Shown: in pieces, positions 36,474-45,289 of the stretch
How the letters are laid out: every line of letters begins with the position of its first letter
Position numbering within the stretch: the stretch's first letter is position 1
From: a virus
Direction: 5' to 3' (one strand)
Virus record (IMG/VR): IMGVR_UViG_3300040758_000214
Location: 79,061 to 143,060 of that record
Length of the DNA stretch: 64,000 bases
The notes under the pieces: generated by a model
What the model was told of the DNA's origin: nothing
Databases searched by the model: none
The model's input: only the letters and a program-made list of their open reading frames with translations
Program-made: the position numbers and the translations under genes

Positions 36474-37772
36474 CTATTCCTCTTTATCTATGTGGATAAC
36501 CCAGCCAGTCTTATTTACCGCATCTTCTGATCCATTATTAATGATCCAAAGTAGCTTACGAGGAAGCTTTGCTCTACTAATTTCATTAAAATTCTCACAA
36601 TATCCATCAGTGAAACAAAGAACTATATCTGATCCTAGTTCTTTAGCCCTTTCAAAAGCAGGATATAAAATAGTTCCTCCTCTCCCTAAAACTTTTGGAT
36701 CAATATCATTAACTCTTTTTACAACATATTCTTTTTGTACGATTGTATCTACTTCTAAAACTATAGTTTTACAGTGCCTATCATTCTCAATAATATTCTT
36801 TATTCCACTTAATGCTTCCATTAATTGTTTAGTATTAACTGAGCCAGATGTATCAATAATAATTGTAATTGAGAATGTAAAGTCCCTCACACGTCCAGGA
36901 AAGGGAGAAATCTCTGGCACATTCAATGTATCAATTGCAAAGACCCAAGTTCTTTTTCTATTTATTCTTGTGGATGAATTTTGAAATTTACTAACTCTTG
37001 ACCCTTTTACTAATTTCCTAATAATTTGATAATAAGGAAGCTTTGGAGGACCTAAAACTTCATCAATTAATTGTTGAATGTGAGCCGGAAGTTTTCCCCT
37101 ATTTTTATTAAAAGTTTTAGCTGATTCTTTTACTAATTCTGTAGTGAAATTTTCAATTTTTCGTGCTATGGTATTTGCATCTGCAGCACTTATTTCACTC
37201 CAAGAAGAATGATCATCAATTGTTTGGTCTCCACTTTCACCATCTCCCTGACCTTCTCCAGATCCTTGTCCATTCCCACCACTTTTACTTCTTTTTTGCA
37301 TTAATTCATCATAATAATATTCTGTAGTATGTTTCGGTGGTAATTGAAATAGTTCTGGAAATAATAATGGCCATTCTTTATTACTAATTACTACAGTTTT
37401 AGGAGCTCCCATTTGTTCATTAACTGCGCAATCTGATACTACATTAAAAACCTTCATTATATCCATTTTTTGTTTTTCAGATGTAGAAAAGTTTATTAAT
37501 CTCAATAATCTAGGAATATGTTTATTTAGAAGATGTAATCCTTCATGTTCTAAAACAACTTGTAATGCTTCATCGCCAGTTCCATCAAAAAAGTTGGGGT
37601 TATATCTTAAAGATAAAACCCCATCAGGCTCAGGAGCAACTCCCATTATAGATGGAAGATTTTTGTCCTCGATCCTCAAAACTCTAGAGAATAGATATCC
37701 CCAATAAGAGCATTTTAGAATCATTTTCGCGATCAGCTCTTTGATTCTTTTATCACAATTCTCAGTTGTCAT
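36474..37772 (-). CDS. metallopeptidase-like + VWA domain protein (DUF2201-like)
   Basis: HEGLH (HExxH), Gly-rich linker, MIDAS DTSGS, GRGGT, FTDG. Confidence 0.88.
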   Translation of the reverse strand: MTTENCDKRIKELIAKMILKCSYWGYLFSRVLRIEDKNLPSIMGVAPEPDGVLSLRYNPNFFDGTGDEALQVVLEHEGLHLLNKHIPRLLRLINFSTSEKQKMDIMKVFNVVSDCAVNEQMGAPKTVVISNKEWPLLFPELFQLPPKHTTEYYYDELMQKRSKSGGNGQGSGEGQGDGESGDQTIDDHSSWSEISAADANTIARKIENFTTELVKESAKTFNKNRGKLPAHIQQLIDEVLGPPKLPYYQIIRKLVKGSRVSKFQNSSTRINRKRTWVFAIDTLNVPEISPFPGRVRDFTFSITIIIDTSGSVNTKQLMEALSGIKNIIENDRHCKTIVLEVDTIVQKEYVVKRVNDIDPKVLGRGGTILYPAFERAKELGSDIVLCFTDGYCENFNEISRAKLPRKLLWIINNGSEDAVNKTGWVIHIDKEE

Positions 37773-38148
37773 TTTGAAGTATCCTTTTTATTCCCTCGTG
37801 AAAATCTAATATAACCTGGTATACTTTTTCATTAAAATCTTTATCTTTTAGCATTTTTATCATAAAAGATACACAATATCTAAATTCATCAGAAACTCTT
37901 GGATATCCATCAACTTTTAAAACAAATAAATATTTAATATCAAATGGAACATCTATTAAAAAATTAATCATATTTCTAACTTCTTCATCATAATGTTCTG
38001 GTTTATTATTAAATAAAAAATCTAAAAATTCGTTCATTAGTTTCTCAAGACTTATATTATCTTCTTTTGTAATCATATCTAAAACTTTATCTCTAACTTC
38101 ATCGTAATTATAAAATATATCATTTGCATTAATTTCTAAATTTTTCAT
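37762..38148 (-). CDS. stand-alone paralog of the C-terminal domain of the adjacent AAA ATPase
   Basis: 'INANDIFYNYDEVRDKVL...FLIDVP...FVL.VDG..R.SDEF.Y' vs 'INPKDIFYDYDKKVRNKIL...FLTDVP...FVL.IDG..R.SDEF.Y'. Confidence 0.8.
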   Translation of the reverse strand: MKNLEINANDIFYNYDEVRDKVLDMITKEDNISLEKLMNEFLDFLFNNKPEHYDEEVRNMINFLIDVPFDIKYLFVLKVDGYPRVSDEFRYCVSFMIKMLKDKDFNEKVYQVILDFHEGIKRILQNDN

Positions 38149-38160
38149 AATTAATTTCCT

Positions 38161-39384
38161 CTATTTTGAAGTATCCTTTTTTCTTGTTTCAATAAGAATG
38201 TTATAAAATTTCTCAGTATAATTTTTATCTTTCATAAGATCAATCTGTAATTTTGTGTAATATTTAAATTCATCTGAAGTTCTATCACAACCATCAATTT
38301 GTAATACAAATATAGAAGCTGTATCTACAGGAACATCAGTTAAGAATTTAATAATATTTTTAAGTTCATCTTCTTTAACTTGAGGTTTACTTGTAACTAA
38401 AAATGTTGAAAAAGATACCATTATATCTCCAAGACTGGCATTATCTTTTTCTTCAACCATTTGTAGTATTTTATTTCTAACTTTTTTATCATAGTCATAG
38501 AAAATATCTTTTGGATTAATTCCCTTTTTCTCTTTAATGAAATCTACTAATAATCTTGTTTTATGAATATTTAATAATCCAGATAATAATATTTCTATAT
38601 CATCTAAATTTTCTTTAACTCCTCCATTCAATTCATAATTCCATAAAATATTAGAAGCTCTTTCATAAGATGCAGGATTTGCATACACTGATCCCAATTT
38701 TTGAACTTCATAATCATAGAGATAATTAGGATGAGTTTGAATAAACTCAATTATGTATGGATGGAAATTTGCAGAAATTCCATATTTTAAAAAATCTTCA
38801 ACTGATACTTCTGTATATATATGAAGCATTCTCCTTAAGCCAGCCGCATCTTCTATAGTATCAACACTATATTCTTGATCATCAGGGTTATCAAGAGCAA
38901 CAACAAACCAACCTTTTGGAAAATCCATTAAATGCAATTTATTTTCATTTTGGACTTGCCATAATAATTGCTGCAACGAATGATCTCCCCTATTACATTC
39001 ATCAATGACAAATAAACCAAAACTATTTGGATCTTTTGGAACAAAATCTGAATACAACATTTTGAATGATGTTTTTCCATTATCAATAATTGGGAATGGA
39101 ATAATAAAATCATCTCTTGAAAGGACCGGAGATTTTATTATCTTAGTTTCAAATTTAACTTTTAAAATTTCTGATAATTCATTAGCAATTTGACTACAAA
39201 TTTGTGTCTTACCTACACCTGCTGGGCCAATAATATGAAATGCTTGTTTTTCTATATCTCTTCCTTGTTCCCAAGATTTCATTGTATTTATAATATTTGT
39301 CTTTATAAGTGATTTAATTTTAGAAATTGTTGCAACTGAAATGTTCAATCTTTCAAAGTATTTTTGTTCGTTGGCCTTGCTCAC
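38161..39384 (-). CDS. MoxR-like AAA+ ATPase
   Basis: GPAGVGKT, VIDECNR, ALDNP, LRR; paired with VWA protein. Confidence 0.85.
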   Translation of the reverse strand: MSKANEQKYFERLNISVATISKIKSLIKTNIINTMKSWEQGRDIEKQAFHIIGPAGVGKTQICSQIANELSEILKVKFETKIIKSPVLSRDDFIIPFPIIDNGKTSFKMLYSDFVPKDPNSFGLFVIDECNRGDHSLQQLLWQVQNENKLHLMDFPKGWFVVALDNPDDQEYSVDTIEDAAGLRRMLHIYTEVSVEDFLKYGISANFHPYIIEFIQTHPNYLYDYEVQKLGSVYANPASYERASNILWNYELNGGVKENLDDIEILLSGLLNIHKTRLLVDFIKEKKGINPKDIFYDYDKKVRNKILQMVEEKDNASLGDIMVSFSTFLVTSKPQVKEDELKNIIKFLTDVPVDTASIFVLQIDGCDRTSDEFKYYTKLQIDLMKDKNYTEKFYNILIETRKKDTSK

Positions 39385-39408
39385 AATTCACTCTCCCTTT
39401 ATTTAGGC

Positions 39409-39432
39409 AAGGGGAGAATTTTATCTCCCCTT
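39409..39432 (-). terminator. terminator-like hairpin
   Basis: AAGGGGAGA / TCTCCCCTT inverted repeat after the SSB-like gene. Confidence 0.55.
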
Positions 39433-39458
39433 TCGCCATTTGTTTAATTTAGTTGAAC

Positions 39459-40400
39459 TTAAAATTCTACATCTTCAAAGTTAAAGGATACCGGTGGTTC
39501 TTTGACTTCTTGTTTTAATGGTTCACTTGATGAAGTAGTTGTATCATTTCCCACTTCAAATTTATTGGATTCATCAACATGTTGATGATCTCCTTCCTCA
39601 TCACTTGTATATCCTGATGCCTGAGATGGAGCTCGTTTGCTATCATCGAATTTTTCGTTAAATTTTTCGATAGTTTTCTTTGCTAATTTTAATATAGATT
39701 GAACTTTATCTGCAGATAATTTAGTTCCTTCTTCAAGAGTAAAAACTGACTTTCTTCCATATTGTGAATCTGCTTCTCCAATTCCAATCTTTGTTACAAA
39801 TCTTTTATTATTAACAACATTCTTTTCAAATTTCTTTGTGTCTTCAGTTACTGGTGTAAAAATTGGATCTAAATCCATTTTGGAAAGTTTGTCTAAATAT
39901 CCTGAAATATTAGAATATTTCATACCTTTCCCTCTAATAAATACAAATACTGGTTTCTTATCTTCACTTAAAATAGGATTACCATTTGCATCACAATAAA
40001 TACCAGAAACAATTAATTGACTTTTACATGGGGCACAAAATTCACTATTGGATCTTTCAGATGCATTAGCTCCACATACTCTACCTTTAAAACCATACCA
40101 AGGCGGATTTCCAGTTTGATATGAAAAACATTCTGTCCTATCTTTTTGAGTCCTTGCATCTCTTATAGATTTAACTAAAACTCTTTTTACATGAGTTATA
40201 ATCATATGTACTTCATCTAAATTATATGCAACACCTCTAACTTGAAAATATCCAGGTTTTTCCTCAATTCCTATATGGTTTTTCCTTCTCTGTCCTGAAA
40301 TATATACTGAATGAAAAAATTCATCTTCAGGTGCTACAGTTTCAATTACATTATGCCCGGTTCCCATCAGTTCTGTGTATTCTTCAATCATCTTTGACAT
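39459..40400 (-). CDS. putative single-stranded DNA-binding protein
   Basis: Acidic disordered tail ending FNFEDVEF; Cys cluster; replication-gene context. Confidence 0.5.
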   Translation of the reverse strand: MSKMIEEYTELMGTGHNVIETVAPEDEFFHSVYISGQRRKNHIGIEEKPGYFQVRGVAYNLDEVHMIITHVKRVLVKSIRDARTQKDRTECFSYQTGNPPWYGFKGRVCGANASERSNSEFCAPCKSQLIVSGIYCDANGNPILSEDKKPVFVFIRGKGMKYSNISGYLDKLSKMDLDPIFTPVTEDTKKFEKNVVNNKRFVTKIGIGEADSQYGRKSVFTLEEGTKLSADKVQSILKLAKKTIEKFNEKFDDSKRAPSQASGYTSDEEGDHQHVDESNKFEVGNDTTTSSSEPLKQEVKEPPVSFNFEDVEF

Positions 40401-40422
40401 ACTCCTTATTACTTGACTAGAC

Positions 40423-40998
40423 TTAGTTGACTTGCTTTCGATTTGGTACTAAAGAATAATTTGAATAATTTCTGCCATTTGGTTGTGTTATTATTGAAAA
40501 TTCATCATTAAACCAGCATTGTAAGTGATGATTCAAAAGAAAAGTTGATAAAAATTCATGACGATTTTTAATTTCTGGAAAATCAATCTTTTCATTTACA
40601 ACTATTGTATTGAATTTTCTAATTTTTTCATCTGTTAAAGTTTCTGTTAATAGTTTCGGATGAGGACAATATATTATAGCTAATTTGTCTCCAATCATCC
40701 TAAAGATTTCATTTTTGTAGAAATAAACATTTGTATCTAAATCAAATGCTACATTATCACAATTCAAAACTCTTTGTATTGATGTATGTGCTCGGCATAA
40801 AAAACCAGATTCTTTTTTCGATTTACATGATTCACAATTCTCTATATTAATCTTAATACTTTCTCTGGTAACATCTTTTGTAGTTAAATTATTAAAATAT
40901 GTAAGAATTTTTTTCTTATTTAATAAAAATTTGATTATAGTAATTGGATAAACATCAGCTTTTAAATTTGCAATAAATCCCTCAGATGATATATTCAT
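40423..40998 (-). CDS. hypothetical Zn-binding protein
   Basis: CESC...C..H; start moved to ATG 40998 (GGGGG RBS) because the upstream in-frame segment lies in a hairpin. Confidence 0.6.
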   Translation of the reverse strand: MNISSEGFIANLKADVYPITIIKFLLNKKKILTYFNNLTTKDVTRESIKINIENCESCKSKKESGFLCRAHTSIQRVLNCDNVAFDLDTNVYFYKNEIFRMIGDKLAIIYCPHPKLLTETLTDEKIRKFNTIVVNEKIDFPEIKNRHEFLSTFLLNHHLQCWFNDEFSIITQPNGRNYSNYSLVPNRKQVN

Positions 40999-41050
40999 GA
41001 ATTCCCCCAACAATAATTTAAACCAAAAAACTGCTAATTTTTTTTCAGTT

Positions 41051-41121
41051 TGAGCACCGCTATATCTTAATAAATTAACCATTATAAAAATGATTAATTC
41101 ACTAGGATATAGCGGTGCTCA
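41051..41121. other. long hairpin (16-bp perfect inverted repeat)
   Basis: TGAGCACCGCTATATC / GATATAGCGGTGCTCA. Confidence 0.7.
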
Positions 41122-41175
41122 TAGTAATTTTTCACCATGTGCCGTGCTAATCACAATACTACGAATAACTTATAG

Positions 41176-41301
41176 TCATTCACTTGTAATTCCTAAAACT
41201 TTTGCAACCAATAAAATTTTCGATGCCGTTGTCTTGCGGAGATAATCTTCAATCTTCCTCCGTAGTTTTTTAATTTGGTCAGAATGTTTCTCTTCAGTCA
41301 T
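41176..41301 (-). CDS. small basic protein (41 aa, not in ORF track)
   Basis: MTEEKHSDQIKKLRRKIEDYLRKTTASKILLVAKVLGITSE. Confidence 0.4.
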   Translation of the reverse strand: MTEEKHSDQIKKLRRKIEDYLRKTTASKILLVAKVLGITSE

Positions 41302-41426
41302 ACGGAAAAATAATCATAAAATTGAAGACTTAATCAATCCACAATAAGTTGAATACCTTTTACCTCCTCCCTTCATTCCCTGATATTTTTTATTGAATAT
41401 TAATAATTTAATTATCACCCCCTTTT

Positions 41427-42179
41427 TTAGACCATTATTGAATTATAATGGTCATGAATTAGATTTATTGGTATTTCTAATTTGTATGTATTTCTTAGTC
41501 CTAAGACTAATTCTTTTGGAAGAGTATTCTTTTTCATAATATTTAAAAAATTATCATGGTTAAAAATAATACAACTCTTTTTAATCTCTTGATAATCATT
41601 AATTCTATGATATTGTTTCCTTCCTTTATCTATTGGATAATTGTATAAATGTTTTAATATATTGATGCAATCAATTTTTGTATGTTTTCCTATATGTTTT
41701 CTAAAAGATTTTTTATCTCCATTTAAAATATGAAAAGTATCAGTTCTTCCTAAGGAATGTGATATTAAATCTGATACTTTATTTCTATATTTTATAGATA
41801 TATTTTCTAAAGATTCTTCATCTCTTTCAAAAAGAAACTTTAAAATAATTCTTTTAGTTCTTGAGTTATTAATTCTTCTATTTTTCAAAATTAAAAGATT
41901 CTTTAAACTTTTTTCTATATCATCTTTTCTAAGAATTTCCATAATAATTCTCATCTCATATTCATCATTACTATGGTCAACTTTATTATGATTGTCTAAA
42001 AGTTTATAAATCATTATTCCCTTTAATGAACTATCTAAAGGAAGAAGCATTGATGATATAAAAGTAGATCTATTGTATAATAAAAATCGATCCAAAATAT
42101 CATCAATTTCATTGTTAATTCCAACCTCACATAATATTTTTACAAAATCAAAAGCATCACAATTCATAACCGCTCCCAT
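41427..42179 (-). CDS. hypothetical protein
   Basis: 250-aa helical ORF. Confidence 0.6.
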   Translation of the reverse strand: MGAVMNCDAFDFVKILCEVGINNEIDDILDRFLLYNRSTFISSMLLPLDSSLKGIMIYKLLDNHNKVDHSNDEYEMRIIMEILRKDDIEKSLKNLLILKNRRINNSRTKRIILKFLFERDEESLENISIKYRNKVSDLISHSLGRTDTFHILNGDKKSFRKHIGKHTKIDCINILKHLYNYPIDKGRKQYHRINDYQEIKKSCIIFNHDNFLNIMKKNTLPKELVLGLRNTYKLEIPINLIHDHYNSIMV

Positions 42180-42483
42180 TTAAATTTATTTAATTCTATA
42201 TGGGAATCGAAAAAATAAATCACTTTTCCGACGGATCAGAGGAATAACCAATTTTTTTATTAAACGAATTACTAAACTTAGTAGCATTTATTGGTTATCC
42301 TATTGGAATTTATATTTATTTGTTCTATTATTTTATGGATATTAGATTTGTAAATATCACAGTATATTACAAAAAGTATATCCATAAAATTATAATAAAG
42401 GAGTTTTGAAATGTAACTTTTATATCAATACTCTAATCTTAAAGTTCACATTTCAGTTTTCCTTTTTATCCTAAAATTTTAAG

Positions 42484-42835
42484 GTGGAGGGAAGAGATAG
42501 CCTTCTCTTCCCCCCCGTTCGAGTAAATTTTCCATTATCTTTATCATAGATAATATCCAATAACGATTAGAAATCTTTCGTTGAATGTATAATCTCAAGA
42601 TAATAAGCCAACGCACTACCACTGTGCTACACCCCGATAAAATTTTTTTTGGCCGGGGCGAATGGACTCGAACCATCGTATTTGGGCAACTTTTTTGGAT
42701 TAATACACCAGCTAATTAAAGTCTATTCTTTTCTGAATTTGTGGGTCGAAAGTCTGAATTTAAAGATAATCCCAAAGACTTATAACTACTGTATGCTGTG
42801 GGAGATTAAAGATAATGATAAGTTTGACCCAATCA
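42484..42835 (-). ncRNA. permuted tRNA-like RNA (T-arm/acceptor-CCA precedes acceptor/D-arm)
   Basis: Minus strand: GATGG-TTCGAGT-CCATT-CGCCCCG-G-CCA (42677-42650), 13-nt A/T spacer, CGGGGTG-TA-GCAC-AGTGGTA-GTGC (42636-42613); acceptor strands fully complementary; ends at hairpin 42490-42511. Confidence 0.75.
42490..42511 (-). terminator. hairpin closing the permuted RNA transcript
   Basis: GGAAGAGA / TCTCTTCC inverted repeat. Confidence 0.55.
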
Positions 42836-42839
42836 AATC

Positions 42840-43589
42840 TTAAACACCATGAATATATGAAAATATCTTGGCACCAATTTCATCTTGAACTATTTCTTGA
42901 CAATTTGCTTGTTGCCTTGCTTTCTTGATAGACATGATTAGTTTATCAAGTCTTCCAATTATCAGAGATTTCTCAGCTGGAGTTAACATTCCACTATATT
43001 TGGTAGTTTGCCATTTTCCAGTCGCCACTTGTTCTTCCCATTTTTCAACCTGCGCTGGGTGTTTATCAGTGGGAGGAACTAAAACATGATGTTTGAAGGC
43101 TTTAGCCGTCTTTATAGTTTCTTCGGGATACTTTGTTTTATAAACTCCTTTTCCAATGGTTGTATCTTCTTCCCATGAAATACCAGGAGCCAGAGTTGGA
43201 ATAGCATCATACATCACTCTGAGCTCATTAAGTCTTGATTCCATGTTAAGCAAATATGTAGCAGGAGCATTATTGACTATAGCAATTCCATCAACAACAA
43301 CATCTGCCACAGCCTGCTGGTTTGTTTTTTCTTTTTGAAGTAATGCATCAAAATATCTTCCAACTGTTTCTGATACATAGTCCAGTTTAGCATGAACTGT
43401 AGTGACTATTTCTCGATGCTCAGCTCCAATTACTCCTTGTTGATCTTCATCTTTAAACATTATGAGTAGCTTGTCATATCCACTGAAATGTTCAGGTTTC
43501 TTAAAGGTAGATGTTGCTTCTGCAACTAACTTGTCAGAAACACCTTTCAAAGATCCTTCAACTGCAAGTAATTCATGTAATTTTCCCAT
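42840..43589 (-). CDS. conserved hypothetical protein (MGKLHELLAVE family)
   Basis: Well-formed 249-aa ORF with 'PATYLL.ME..L', 'TDKHPAQV', 'SGMLT...K...R...L...IKKAR..AN'. Confidence 0.8.
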   Translation of the reverse strand: MGKLHELLAVEGSLKGVSDKLVAEATSTFKKPEHFSGYDKLLIMFKDEDQQGVIGAEHREIVTTVHAKLDYVSETVGRYFDALLQKEKTNQQAVADVVVDGIAIVNNAPATYLLNMESRLNELRVMYDAIPTLAPGISWEEDTTIGKGVYKTKYPEETIKTAKAFKHHVLVPPTDKHPAQVEKWEEQVATGKWQTTKYSGMLTPAEKSLIIGRLDKLIMSIKKARQQANCQEIVQDEIGAKIFSYIHGV

Positions 43590-43625
43590 TTCACAATTCT
43601 CCCATTTGTATTAAATTTGAAGTTC

Positions 43626-43769
43626 TTATTTTATTTCTATTATCGCAATTACTTTATCATCTACAATTTTTGTGTCAATAACTTTAATATCACGCGATGC
43701 ATCAGTATTAAAAAATAAATTCAACGCTTTAACATTTTCAGCATTTGTTATCTCACGTTCTTTAATCAT
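43626..43769 (-). CDS. small hypothetical protein (47 aa)
   Basis: AGGAGG RBS; MIKEREITNAENVKALNLFF... Confidence 0.5.
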   Translation of the reverse strand: MIKEREITNAENVKALNLFFNTDASRDIKVIDTKIVDDKVIAIIEIK

Positions 43770-43800
43770 GATTCCTCCTTCTTTATTTGTAAATCAAAAA

Positions 43801-43877
43801 TGGTCCGGGTTACTGGATTTGAACCAATGGCCCTCTGCGCCCAAGGCAGATGCGCTACCAGACTGCGCTAAACCCGG
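43801..43877 (-). tRNA. tRNA-Pro(UGG)
   Basis: Cloverleaf CCGGGTT...TCTGC-CTTGGGC-GCAGA...TTCAAAT...AACCCGG-A-CCA. Confidence 0.95.
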
Positions 43878-43894
43878 ATAAATACTTAATTTTA

Positions 43895-44250
43895 TCCCCA
43901 CCCCTACCTTGGGAATTGGATCGTTTCATCAAAGTCCATGTGGGTATTCCAAGGACGGCTCCACCGAAATTGGCATCCCGGCTTCATTGCCTCCCCACTA
44001 TCCTATAATGGATCATTCTGATGATTAGGGTATAGAATATCAACCGGTCTCAATTTCTACTTTTCGACTAAGATGGTGGAGTCGAAATATTTACTACCCC
44101 GATTTGTCAACCCTTTTAGGTCGATGGCTGCCAATACCGGTCTATTGTCAAGGGTCTGACTTAGATCGACATTTGATCATGAGCTTTGCGCCGTTGTTAC
44201 AAGGCACGCTCTGACGATGGGGTGTAATTTAATCATACCCACACAAGGAC
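43895..44250 (-). ncRNA. candidate large structured ncRNA (~350 nt)
   Basis: GC-richer ORF-free segment; terminal CACCCC/GGGGTG pairing, internal hairpins, promoter motif upstream. Confidence 0.55.
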
Positions 44251-44317
44251 AATGATATGATTATAGAAATGAATGTTGAATTCCATGATCTAAACTTTAA
44301 AACCCTTCATTCTAAAA

Positions 44318-44332
44318 ATTAATATATATAGC
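44318..44332 (-). promoter_or_regulatory. putative phage promoter GCTATATATATTAAT
   Basis: Motif recurs at 53179, 53316 and 54694, always intergenic and in the same orientation. Confidence 0.65.
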
Positions 44333-44353
44333 AACTCAAACTATAATGGATTT

Positions 44354-44641
44354 TTACATCCACTGTTTTTTCTTCTTTGTACGTTTCCATCCTTTAATTC
44401 TTCGTTTAGAAACAAGTTCATCATCCCAAGCATTAGGAAGATTAACATGTGATCTTCTCAATCTCAATTTAATTTTATATTCTTTACATTCTTCTAAAAC
44501 ATCAAACCATTTTTTTCTTTCTTGTGTAGTTTTAGGATGCCTCATGTAATGACAACAAGAATTATGATAATGACTAATTCCAGGGACTGGACCTCTTCTA
44601 AAGATAAACTTCAATCCTCTTCTTGTATAAAAAACTTTCAT
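44354..44641 (-). CDS. small basic phage protein
   Basis: RHPKTTQERK...R.RR...LPNAWDD...KGWK..K..KQW. Confidence 0.7.
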   Translation of the reverse strand: MKVFYTRRGLKFIFRRGPVPGISHYHNSCCHYMRHPKTTQERKKWFDVLEECKEYKIKLRLRRSHVNLPNAWDDELVSKRRIKGWKRTKKKKQWM

Positions 44642-44740
44642 CTTTAACCTCCATTAAGTATAATGAACTTAATGGAAGAATGTTGGTTTATACATATTCA
44701 AATCTCCTATAGTTTATATTGTTCTAAAAATTTTTATTAT

Positions 44741-44974
44741 TTACTTATATAATGGAGTTCCATCATTACATCTCCAACTTCCATTTGCAATTAAAATTAA
44801 ATCTATAATTGTCCCGATAAAAAACCATCCGCATGTCAGAAGATAGATAACACCAGACCCAAGTTTTCCGGTATATAATCTATGCAATCCTGCTATTCCA
44901 AAAAATCCAATAAAACAAAATACAAGAGCTAACCAAAAAAGTTTCTTACTTTCTATTACAGGTTGAAGTTCCAT
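44741..44974 (-). CDS. TM2-domain membrane protein
   Basis: GLHRLYTGK.GSGVIYLLT.G.F.IG.IIDLILI. Confidence 0.9.
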   Translation of the reverse strand: MELQPVIESKKLFWLALVFCFIGFFGIAGLHRLYTGKLGSGVIYLLTCGWFFIGTIIDLILIANGSWRCNDGTPLYK

Positions 44975-45001
44975 TATTTAATTTCCTTTCTGTATAAAAT
45001 A

Positions 45002-45077
45002 TGGTAGGGGATGTCTGACTCGGACAGACGTATGCCAGATTCAAAATCTGGTGCGTTAACCACTTCGCCAATCCCCA
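45002..45077 (-). tRNA. tRNA-Gln(UUG), atypical T-loop
   Basis: CCAGA-TTTTGAA-TCTGG anticodon arm; T-loop TCCGAGT; U1:U72 mismatch; CCA encoded. Confidence 0.85.
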
Positions 45078-45087
45078 ATAAAAATTT

Positions 45088-45204
45088 TGGCGTATTCTTA
45101 TGTTCAGACTGAGAGCCGTTGTTGTCTATCCAAAGTACTGGAATCTTTATAAGACAGCTTCACCGCAATCTCTAGTAATAAGTAACCTGCATGTTTATAC
45201 ACCA
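45088..45204 (-). ncRNA. candidate rod-shaped small RNA between tRNAs
   Basis: TGGTGTAT / ATACGCCA terminal stem plus inner complementary blocks. Confidence 0.45.
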
Positions 45205-45211
45205 AATCATG

Positions 45212-45283
45212 CTCCGGAGGAAAGATTCGAACTTCCGACCTGAGAGTTAACAGCTCCCGGCTCCACCACTGAGCTACTCCGGA
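45212..45283 (-). tRNA. tRNA-Asn(GUU)
   Basis: TCCGGAG acceptor, GGGAG-CTGTTAA-CTCTC, TTCGAAT; CCA not fully encoded. Confidence 0.92.
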
Positions 45284-45289
45284 ATAATC

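Noticed and set aside
42484-42835. Canonical two-piece tmRNA
   Set aside because: Has a full D-stem, C1:G72 and G3:C70 rather than G3:U70, and no ssrA-like tag ending in Ala-Ala
42479-42843. ORFs 42479..42676 (-) and 42649..42843 (+)
   Set aside because: Both overlap the tRNA-like arms; translations (MVRVHSPRP, GANGLEPS) are typical tRNA read-through artefacts
43895-44250. RNase P RNA or hammerhead ribozyme
   Set aside because: AAAGTCC and CCGGCTT fragments are only ~45 nt apart, and CTGATGA lacks a properly placed GAAA core
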